From Macrostomum lignano (taxonomy: Eukaryota), in contig NIVC01002734.1 in the NCBI GenBank assembly GCA_002269645.1, forward strand, positions 62,001 to 126,000: a stretch of 64,000 nt of DNA, written 5' to 3'. Position 1 is the stretch's first letter. Each line of letters opens with the position of its first letter. Under the pieces are notes generated by a model. That model was not told where the DNA came from, did no database searches, and saw only the letters and a list, made by a program, of their open reading frames with translations. Positions 1-10,789 of this stretch are shown here, piece by piece. The translations under genes and the position numbers were made by a program.

Positions 1-588
1 GTACGAGCGTACAAGATAAGGCAAGGAGGGGTGGAGTGCGCGACTGAGGAAAGAGGCGAGAATGAAGAGCGAATCAGAAGGCGCCTTAAATGCGCCGTCA
101 GACCTCGGGCTCTTGTTTATTCATTTTGTTTCTTTTGATTGTCTTGTGTTTGTTTAGAATTTCCTCTCATGGATCTGCAAGTGGAGCAATAAAGAGAGAA
201 AGTCCATGAAAGTTTTGGCTGACTGAACCGAAAAGGGCTCTGTTGAATATGAAAGAGAGTGTCTTAATTGAATTTCTGTAAGAACTGTGTTTCACAGACA
301 GTTTAAATTGCTGTTCCGATTGTTTAAATTTAAACAAATTAAAAATTTAAATTTAAATTTCAGTTAAAGGGAGTTTGGTCAAAATAGTGTAGTGTAAAAT
401 AGTGTAACTGTCTTCACCACAAAAATAGAAAATCACCAATCATAGTTTTTTCGGCGGATTTCTCTGCAAGAGGGCTGATCGGGCATTCTGTATATTCTGT
501 GAAGCAAGGGGCTGTAGCGCAAGAGCCAGACGCGTTTACTACAAAGCTACCCCCTGTAGCCTGTTTAAAGAGCCTCTCTCTGAGTCTC

Positions 589-3500
589 CTACATAGATCG
601 CACTTCAAACAGACCACCCTGAGACGAACTGCTGCCGCCAGACGTCATCAAATCGGCGCTAGCATGCGTTGAAGCTGATCGTTTCATTCCAGAAGCAGAA
701 GCAGACTGTTGCAATTGCTGCTGTTGCTGTTGTTGCTGAGCAAGAAACGTCACAGATGATGGCGATCTATCTATAACGCTGCTGACGCAATCTAACTGAT
801 TATTCTTCAACTCCGGGTAGTACAGCTTAAAACAAATGTAGGCCACAGAGAATCCCAGAATCGAGCCAACGGCGACATCTTCGCAATGATGATGAAAATC
901 TGCTAGCCGGCTAAGAGCTATGCACATGGCTATAAACAGAGGCAATCCGCCTAGCAACAGTTGCCAAGCCGACGGTGCGCCGGGAAACCGACGCCAGAGG
1001 CCGAACCGACGCCACAGCAGAAGCGACAGGAAGCCTAGACTAGCAAAAGAAAATGTCGAATGCCCGGATGGAAAGGATTTCCGGCCTTCAATGATAGAAT
1101 CCAGATCGCCATAGCAGGGTTGCATTTGAAGACTCGATTGCATTGGCGCTCCGGCCCCGGCCTCGTGCTCGTGATCGTCCGGGTAGCAACGATAGTAAAA
1201 ATCTGGCCTTGGCCTGCCAACTATGACTTTGATTGTGTTGGCCAGATTGCCGGCTAATAAGATAATTAGCCAATAAGCTAGCTGACAGGTGAGCAATGCG
1301 CTTGATCTACTACTACTGTTAGTAGATGCCTGTTGATCCATTGTCGCCGGACAGAAAGCTGTAAGACAGAGCAAACTGACGGGAATAATTAGCAGGATAA
1401 ACAGCCACATCAACCATGCGGGTACGTAGGAATCGCTCGGGTGATTCTTGTACAGCCACCATTCCTCTGGGTGGATGTCGCGAATGCGGGGATTCAGGTG
1501 CTCCGTGATGCTGGAACAAGGATTTGAATGGGATCAATGATGAAGCGTGAAGCTGGAATAGGGATTTGATGGGATCAATGAAGAAGCGTGATGCTGGAAT
1601 AGGGATTTGATGGGATCAACGATGAAGCATGAAGCTGGAATATGGAATTGATGGGATCAATGATCAAGCGTGATGCTGGAATAGGGATTTGATGGGATCA
1701 ATGATGAAGCGTGATACTGGAATAGGAATTTGATGGGATCAATGATGAAGCGTGAAGCTGGAATAGGGATTTGATGGGATCAACGATGAAGCATGAAGCT
1801 GGAATATGGAATTGATGGGATCAATGATGAAGCGTGATACTGGAATAGGAATTTGATGGGATCAATGATGAAGCGTGATACTGGAATAGGGATTTGATGG
1901 TATCAATGAAGAAGCGTGATGCTGGAATAGGGATTTGGATGGGATCAATGATGAAGCGTGAAGCTGGAATAGGGATTTGGATGGGATCAATGATGAAGCA
2001 TGAAGCTGGAATAGGGATTTAAATGGGATCAATGAAGAAGCGTGATGCTGGAATAGGGATTTGGATGGGATCAATGATGAAGCGTGATGCTGGAACAAGG
2101 ATTTGAAGGGGATCAATGATGAAGCGTGAAGCTGGAATAGGGATTTGGATGGAATCAATGATGAAGCATGAAGCTGGAATAGGGATTTCCATGGGATCAA
2201 TGAAGAAGCGTGATGCTGGAATAGGGATTTGATGGGATCAATGAAGAAGCGTGATGCTGGAATAGGGATTTGATGGGATCAATGAAGAAGCGTGATGCTG
2301 GAATAGGGATTTGATGGGATCAATGATGAACTGTGATGCTGGAATAGGGATTTCAATGGGATCAATGATGAAGCGTGATGCTGGAATAGGGATTTGATGG
2401 GATCAATGATGAACTGTGATGCTGGAATAGGGATTTCAATGGGATCAATGATCAAGCGTGATGCTGGAACAAGGATTTGAAGGGGATCAATGATGAAGCG
2501 TGAAGCTGGAATAGGGATTTGGATGGGATCAATGATGAAGCATGAAGCTGGAATAGGGATTTCAATGGGATCAATGAAGAAGCGTGATGCTGGAATAGGG
2601 ATTTGATGGGATCAATGAAGAAGCGTGATGCTGGAATAGGGATTTGATGGGATCAATGATGAAGCATGAAGCTGGAATAGGGATTTCAATGGGATCAATG
2701 AAGAAGCGTGAAGCTGGAATAGGGATTTGGATGGAATCAATGATGAAGCATGAAGCTGGAATAGGGATTTCAATGGGATCAATGAAGAAGCGTGATGCTG
2801 GAATAGGGATTTGATGGGATCAATGAAGAAGCGTGATGCTGGAATAGGGATTTGATGGGATCAATGAAGAAGCGTGATGCTGGAATAGGGATTTAATGGG
2901 ATCAATGAAGAAGCATGATGCTGGAATAGGGATTTGATGGGATCAATGATGAAGCGTGATGCTGGAATAGGGATTTGATGGGATCAATGATGAACTGTGA
3001 TGCTGGAATAGGGATTTCAATGGGATCAATGATCAAGCGTGATGCTGGAACAAGGATTTGAAGGGGATCAATGATGAAGCGTGAAGCTGGAATAGGGATT
3101 TGGATGGGATCAATGATGAAGCATGAAGCTGGAATAGGGATTTCAATGGGATCAATGAAGAAGCGTGATGCTGGAATAGGGATTTGATGGGATCAATGAA
3201 GAAGCGTGATGCTGGAATAGGGATTTGATGGGATCAATGATGAAGCATGAAGCTGGAATAGGGATTTCAATGGGATCAATGAAGAAGCGTAATGCTGGAA
3301 TAGGGATTTGATGGGATCAATGATCAAGCGTGAAGCTGGACTAGGGATTTCAATGGGATCAATGATGAAGCGTGATGCTGGAATAGGGATTTGTATGGGA
3401 TCAATGATGAAGCATGAAGCTGGAATAGGGATTTGATGGGATCAATGATGAAGCGTGAAGCTGGAATAGGGATTTCAATGGGATCAATGATGAAGCGTTG

Positions 3501-4052
3501 ATGTGATGAAGTGAAGTGATGAAGTGATGCTGGAACAAGGATTTGAAGGGGATCAATGATGAAGCGTGAAGCTGGAATATGGATTTGATGGGATCAATGA
3601 TGAAGCGTGAAGCTGGAATATGGATTTGATGGGATCAATGATGAACTGTGATGCTGGAACAAGGATTTGAAGGGGATCAATGATGAAGCGTGAAGCTGGA
3701 ATATGGATTTGATGGGATCAATGATGAAGCGTGAAGCTGGAATAGGGATTTCAATGGGATCAATGATGAAGCATGAAGCTGGAATAGGGATTTGATGGGA
3801 TCAATGATGAAGCGTGATGCTGGAACAAGGATTTGAAGGGGATCAATGAAGAAGCGTGAAGCTGGAATAGGGATTTCAATGGGATCAATGATGAAGCATG
3901 AAGCTGGTATAGGGAGTTGCATCCAAATAATGAAGCTGGATGCAGAAGTGTAAATAAGATATAAAATAAAGTGTGCCGATAGCTTACACCAACAAAACTG
4001 CCAGAGCCAAGCGCGAACCAATCTCAGTGAGCAGATGAGACGACTTGGGCAG
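589..4052 (-). CDS. PAP2-family phospholipid phosphatase, PLPP4/PLPP5 (PPAPDC1)-like; exon 4052-3988, intron 3987-1511, exon 1510-589
   Basis: PAP2 motifs KxxxGRPRP, SFPSGH and SRxxDFHHH are in ORF 589-1413. Manual splicing (TTG GT|gtaagc ... ttccag|C ATC ACG GAG) gives LPKSSHLLTEIGSRLALAVLLVITEHLNPRIRDIHPEEWWLYKNHP, which resembles the PLPP4/5 N-terminus (E-x-G-x-R-L-A-L ... I-x-PEExWLY). No ATG is present in the first exon. Confidence 0.9.
1511..3905. repeat. 41-42-bp intronic minisatellite (GATGAAGCGTGATGCTGGAATAGGGATTTGATGGGATCAAT)n, roughly 55-60 units by length
   Basis: Directly visible tandem array filling the PLPP intron. Confidence 0.97.
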
Positions 4053-4334
4053 CTGCAAAATGTTTCTTGAAGATAATTCGCGCATGAATTCTTTTATCTG
4101 TTTTGTAAACAAAGACAATTATTTATTCCGTTGTTCAGTGAGCATTTGAGTTCGACCGCTCGCTATTTGTTTAGCTGAAGGAGGAAAATAAGCTTTGAAG
4201 TAGTGAAGATTTATTTTATCGATCTAAATTAATTATCTCAATAGTAATTAGTAGTATTAGCTAAATGCTATTATATACGCGCAACTTTACTATAGGCATG
4301 TGAAGGGTGAAGATAACAATGCAAAACTTAATGA

Positions 4335-4396
4335 ACACTTAAGATAGATTTAACAGAGACAGACAGACAGACAGAAAGACAGACAGACAGACAGAC

Positions 4397-4439
<43 letters not shown>

Positions 4440-4496
4440 AAGACAGACAGACAGACAGACAGACAGACATACATACATACATTAAGACAGACAGGC

Positions 4497-4575
<79 letters not shown>

Positions 4576-4790
4576 TACATACATTAAGACAGACAGGCAG
4601 ACAGACACAGACAGACAGACAGACAGACACAGACAGACAGACAGACATACACTAAGACAGACAGACAGACAGACAGACACAGATAGACAGACAGACACTA
4701 AGACAGACAGACACAGACAGACCAGACAGACAGACAGACAGCAGACAGACAGAGACAGACAGACAGACGCAGAAATATACACAACAGCAC
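4335..4790. repeat. (CAGA)n microsatellite
   Basis: Directly visible; it generates the spurious SVCL ORFs. Confidence 0.97.
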
Positions 4791-5789
4791 ACAAACAGAT
4801 CGATAAACCGACCGACCATCTGTCTGTATTTCTAAGCGTCTGCAGACGCAGCAAAAAGCTTTCTACAGACAAGAACCCTAGGACAGCAATAAAAATAAGG
4901 TAACCAGCACGCAGGCCAAGTCCAATCCAGCATTAGGGTAAATGCGCGATTTCTTTATATTTGACTGCTTTAGCCTGGATTAAACGACCATCTTTTCATG
5001 GCACATCAAAACGCATCCCTGCTTATTATTATTAGTATAGGTAAGTATTTTGCTATATTTTTATTAGGTATATTGACCAAAAATAGTAATAGTAGTAGAA
5101 TATTATGTAAAGTCGAAATTGTGTGTTAATAGCAATAAAAATAAATTAATTATCTGTCGTATTTTAACTTTCAATAAAATTTACGGTCGGCCTAGCACTT
5201 TATTATTCAGGGTTGAAAATTGGTATATTAGTTAAAATCAAAACGAGTTTCGAAGTTTCACTATATTATTAAAGCTTAAAGACTAAAAATAGATGCATTT
5301 AAGCTTTACAGCTATATTGGTACTTGTCTACTATCAGTAGGCATGTGAACATGTAGCCGTAGCGTTAGAAAATGCCTAAAAGAATGACTACCTTTGTGTT
5401 TTTTTTAATTTTAAACAAACATTTTTCTTCTTATAGTGACACAAAACCGAAACCAAAACTCAAAGACAAACGTAGTTTTTTATCTTCAATAAAAAGCGTA
5501 TTAAAAACTGTAGGTGAGCGAGAGAACAAAGAAAAAGCAGAGTGTGAAGCTACAATCGGAATGGCACTGACTTAACAAAAACTTGTTGCTATAAATTACG
5601 CAAAAATTGCTTGTGTTTTTGCAAAGAAATGCTTCAATTTAAAAGCCATTTTTATGAAAGATTTTGTTATTCACGACAGGAGCTCTTAAAAAATGAGTAC
5701 AAATATCACAATACAAATTTAGCGTAACGGCATTTTAGCTCAAATAGATGGATACTAATACCCACTGTAGCTCCAGTGAGTAGCATGCT

Positions 5790-6160
5790 TTCCCTGTTTT
5801 GTATCACCTGTTAATCAGTGACATACACAAACACCGTTTTGTATCACCTGTTAATCAGTGACATTCAAACACCCTGTTTTGTATCACCTGTTAATCAGGT
5901 GAAATATTCAAACACCTGTTTCGTATCACCCGTTAATCAGGTGGAATATTCAAGCACCTGTGTCGTATCACCCGTTAATCAGGTGGAATATTCAAGCACC
6001 TGTTTCGTATCACCCGTTAATCAGGTGGAATATTCAAGCACCTGTTTCGTATCACCCGTTAATCAGGTGGAATATTCAAGCACCTGTGTCGTATCACCCG
6101 TTAATCAGGTGGAATATTCAAGCACCTGTTTCGTATCACCCGTTAATCAGGTGGAATACA
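5790..6160. repeat. 42-bp tandem repeat with internal hairpin (CAGGTG-GAATATTC-AAG-CACCTG)
   Basis: About 6 near-identical units plus degenerate upstream copies; no spacers between units. Confidence 0.93.
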
Positions 6161-6401
6161 AATACGCATTCCAGCACCAACACTTGTTTTGCATTGTTTT
6201 GGTGATTGTAAACACATAACAGGAGCAAATATACGATAAATCCGTTACATACTACTTTAACCATTGAGTGTTAATAAAATGCTGTATTAGCACTGGAAGC
6301 CTAATGTTAGGAATTTAGTTCGATTTGGAATTAATTGATAATATGCACAGCTTAGGATAAAAATTAACTGTCACATCGATGCAATAGCTGACTAGCTAAT
6401 T

Positions 6402-9400
6402 TCATTTTAGACTCGGCACCAGATGAACAACCGAGCCCAAATTAAAAAGGCCACCCGGAGCGAAACCGCGCAAACCGGCAGCTTGAAAAGCGTCCCTAGT
6501 AACGCCTAGATCGCACAGATAGTTGGCGCCTAATTTACTACTAGTACTACTAGCAGCAGTAGTAGTTGATGGTGCGATAGGCAGGCAGCAGTGAATATTG
6601 TAGCGGGGCGATAGGCAGGCCGGATTTCCGGCTGGCGGTGCCAAACATGCCAGCGGCGCGCGGCAGGCCCGAAACCACTGCGCTAACGGGTGAGCAGGGG
6701 AGTCCACCTGGGGATTTAGTGAGGTGGCGTTTTTATGAGCAGATATACGACTAAACTATGAGCAGATACACTCAAACTATGAGCAGATGCACTCAAATTA
6801 TGAGTGGATGCAATGAAACTATGAGCAGATACACTCAGACTATGAGCATATGTACTAAACTATGAGCAGATACACCTAAACTATGAGCAGATACACACAA
6901 ACTATGAGCAGATACACACAAACTATGAGCAGATGCACACAAACTGTGAGCAGATACACACAAACTGTGAGCAGATACACACAAACTGTGAGCAGATACA
7001 CTCTAACTATGAGCAGATACACACAAACTGAGCAGATACACACAAACTATGAGCAGATACACAAACTGTGAGCAGATACACACAAACTATGAGCAGATAC
7101 ACACAAACTATGAGCAGATACACACCAACTATGAGCAGATACACAAACTGTGAGCAGATACACACAAACTATGAGCAGATACACACAAACTATGAGCAGA
7201 TACACACAAACTGTGAGCAGATACACACAAACTATGAGCAGATACACTCAAACTATGAGCAGATACACACAAACTGTGAGCAGATACACTCAAATTATGA
7301 GCAGATACACACAAACTGTGAGCAGATACACACAAACTATGAGCAGATACACACAAACTGTGAGCAGATACACACAAACTGTGAGCAGATACACACAAAC
7401 TATGAGCAGATACACACAAACTGTGAGCAGATACCTGATCGCTAGCCAACAAGACGCAGTCCAGAATCCATGGCAGATCACGGCTATGCTCAACTAGCGG
7501 ACAACCGGTGCTCCGATACAGGCGAATCTCCTGACCCAACTGGTCTCTATCAACCGGGTCAGTGGCAGTTATATAAGCGCAAACTGAAGCGCCCCGGCTA
7601 GCTAAATGCCTGGCCGCTGCTAGGCCGAACTGGCCTCTACGACCGCCGCCAATGATGACTGCGAATTGCAAGTTCTGACGGTGCTGCTGCTGGCTCTGCA
7701 AGCTCAGCTGGTTTAGCTGGCGTGTTTGCTGGTACAGCGGATATGGCGAAGCAATTTGATTGATCTGAAGTGTCGAAGCAAAATTATATTATTAGAACTG
7801 ATTTGCCTGCTAAGTTCTGCTAAGTGAAAGTAGGACTGGGTGAGATAGAGCTGATAGAGCTGATAGATCAGTAAAAATAAAAAATTGTGTTAAAATAACA
7901 GCTATAGGGTGGGAGTCACACTTAGCGTCAGGGTTAGAGTAATTTGGTAACAGTCATAGACAGAGTGAGAGTCATAGAGACGTTGAGTCATAGAGGCAGG
8001 CTGATTCATAGAGACAGTGATGGTTATAGAGGCAGGCTGAGTTATAGATAGAGGGAAAATGATGGTCATAGAGACAGGTTGAGAGTCATAGACACGGTGA
8101 TAGTCATATGCAGGGTGCGAGTCTTAGACAGGGCGAGAGTCATAGACACAGGGTGAGAGTCATAGACACAGGGTGAGAGTCATAGACACAGGGTGAGAGT
8201 CATAGACACAGGGTGAGAGTCATAGACACAGGGTGAGAGTCATAGACACAGGGTGAGAGTCATAGACACAGGGTGAGAGTCATAGACACAGGGTGAGAGT
8301 CATAGACACAGGGTGAGAGTCATAGACACAGGGTGAGAGTCATAGACACAGGGTGAGAGTCATAGACACAGGGTGAGAGTCATAGACACAGGGTGAGAGT
8401 CAAAGACACAGGGTTAGAGCCATAGACACAGGGTGAGTCATAGACACAGGGTGAGAGTCATAGACACAGGGTGAGAGCCATAGACAGGGCGAGAGTCATA
8501 GACACAGGGTGAGAGTCATAGACACAGGGTGAGAGTCATAGACACAGGGTGAGAGCCATAGACAGGGCGAGAGTCATAGACACAGGGTGAGAGTCATAGA
8601 CACAGGGTGAGAGTCATAGACACAGGGTGAGAGTCAAAGACACAGGGTGAGAGTCATAGACACAGGGTGAGAGCCATAGACACAGGGTGAGAGCCATAGA
8701 CACAGGGTGAGAGTCATAGACACAATGGGAGAGTCATAGACACAGCTACCGAGAACAGCACCCCAACAGTACGAAGCCCCACTAACCAGAAAGTCGGCCA
8801 CGCTTCGCCCGCAGCACTCGGCCATTCTGGCCATAGACAATCCGAGTTTCTCGGCCGCTAATAGCACGGTCTCGAGAAAGTGATCGGACACGGCTGGCAC
8901 GCGAAGATCAGAGTCGCCATTAGCAAGAAACCAAACAGTTGATCCTGACTGATCCACAGCGATGCCATTAGGCATGGTAGGTGAACTACTACTAGTAGTG
9001 TTATTGGTAGCACCAATGCTATTGTTAACGCAGCTGATATAATTAGTAACTAGCTCAGATCTCGCCCTGACGTGCTGATGCGTGGCAGGATTACCGCCCG
9101 AGTTGACCTGACGCCGACCGGTTGGGGAGACTGGCAGGTTTCTATCTTTATTACTACGACCATTGCTAGTAGTTAAGTCGCCGCTACTGTTTATGCCTTT
9201 CGGTTTACTGGCTTCGCTACTAAAAGTAGAGTGATCAGGATATTTGCATTTATTTTTTACGAAGTCGATTAATAGAGACCCCTTGACTGTTTGAAACTAT
9301 ATTGAAAATTGATTCCCTCACCCTTTGTGCCTGCCATTCTGCCCGTTGCCACCGCTGCCTCCACCCCCTTTGCCGGGGCAAATTGGCGAATTCTGACAAA

Positions 9401-9797
9401 TATAAACAGGCGTAGCATTGGGAATGCTCATCAGTCGCTCTCTGGCCGCTTCTCTGCGAGCCTGCTGCTGTTGCTGTTGCTGTTGAGTCTTTTCTTGTAA
9501 ACTAGCTTCAATTACTCGATGATCAATTTTGTTCTCTTTATCTTTAACTTGCTGCAAAGTAGTACTAGCAGTAGAAACAGTAGAGTCACTGGCTTGTTCA
9601 CCAGGAGAACGCAGCATTGTAATGCTAACAATGGAAGATCGATGCAGCGTGACTAAACCCGTGTCGCTAGGCAGTCCATTTCTTAAAGCATTTTTCAATG
9701 TCAATTTCTCGTCACTAACATCAACAATTGTGCCAACAAAGGTGCCAACACTTGGGCCGCAGTCTAATTGCAATTTGGCGCCAACAAAACTGCTCAT
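6402..9797 (-). CDS. EDC3: Enhancer of mRNA-decapping protein 3 (LSm domain - linker - YjeF_N domain); exons ~9797-9322, ~9296-8787, 7764-7435, 6707-6402
   Basis: N-terminal LSm-like segment (FVGAKLQLDCGPSVGTFVG...LRNG). YjeF_N segments: VPAVS...AAEKLGLS, GGGRRGQFGLAAARHLASRG, and LCDLGVTRDAFQAAG. In-phase splice sites ctg|gttagt, ttcag|ATC, cag|gtatct and cccag|GTG. The first junction near 9.3 kb is unresolved. Confidence 0.88.
6735..7434. repeat. 21-bp intronic minisatellite (GAGCAGATACACACAAACTAT)n
   Basis: Visible array that begins at the donor of EDC3's last intron. Confidence 0.97.
7950..8745. repeat. 20-bp intronic minisatellite (GGGTGAGAGTCATAGACACA)n
   Basis: Visible array inside an EDC3 intron. 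Confidence 0.97.
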
Positions 9798-10129
9798 GAT
9801 TAATATAGCAAATCAAGCTATCGATCAATAATCAACCAAATTATTGAGTTCCTTGGAACAACAAATAAAAGCACCTTCGTTGAGATTAAAAAATTGCTGA
9901 ATTTTGTGTTTCTGTTCTACTCAAAGCCTGAATGAATCGAAATCGATGTAGTTTTTGCTCAGGAAGAATGATGGTGCGGTAGAAAGATATTAATTTTCTA
10001 GTAATGATAATGTGCTACGAAAGCTTTGTGCTTTAGACTAAAAAATAAAATGAAATATACAAGTACATGAGCCATAAGTTCAAGTGTCCGGTAGTTATTA
10101 TGTATTTCTTAAATACATCTTAAAGAGGT

Positions 10130-10635
10130 CATTGTCCATGATACTCGCATTACGGCGCTGGTAGGAGCGTCATGTAAAAAACTAAGCGTCATGTAGAAAC
10201 AAAAAGAAGCATCATTTAAACATAAAAGAAGCGTCATGTCAAAAAGAACGTAAAACGTAAAACGTAAAAGAATCTGACAGACATAAAAAGAAGCGTCATG
10301 TCGAACATAGAAGATTAATTTGGGAATTGCTACGATGTCAAGGCTTGGAGTGAATCGCTATAATGCTGTGAAAAATTACTGAAATGTCAAGGATTACCGT
10401 TAAAGAATAGCTGGAATGTCAAGGCTTTAGGGTTAGGGTTAGGGGGCATTGCTGAGATTTCTAGGCTAACGGTTGATTTTTTTTAAGACTTCAAGGCTTA
10501 TGGGGGCATTGCTGAGATACCAAGGCTCATGGGTTGTTGAGGTTATTGCAATAAGAAGCTACATGTAGTTTATTTTAAAATTTGCCTTCCATTCTTTGTT
10601 GGCTTCCTAACAGGGGGCGCTGATTACTAGCATTT
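10130..10635. repeat. Degenerate copy of a dispersed repeat family (AAACATAAAAGAAGCGTCATGTC units plus GGCATTGCTGAGAT units); related copy at 53.2-54.2 kb
   Basis: Shares the repeat unit and the downstream flank (ATGTAGTTTATT..AAAATTTG..TTCCATTCTTT) with 54061-54180. Confidence 0.75.
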
Positions 10636-10789
10636 ATTCTATATTATTTTGGCAGGTGCTACGGGAGTATCTAAAATAAAACAAGGAACAATGCAACATG
10701 TAAGTAGACATGTCCGAAATTGGCATCAAAAGGTATTGGAGACCTAAAGCAACACAAGCAAGCGTTTTAATAAAAATATAAAAACTAGT

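Noticed and set aside
4328-4872. SVCL-repeat, YLSI-repeat (61675-62157), GHWV-repeat (59840-60259) and SRYTQT-repeat (6883-7497) ORFs
   Set aside because: These are translations of micro- and minisatellites.
5790-6160. CRISPR-like palindromic repeat
   Set aside because: Units are contiguous with no unique spacers, there are no cas genes, and the context is eukaryotic.
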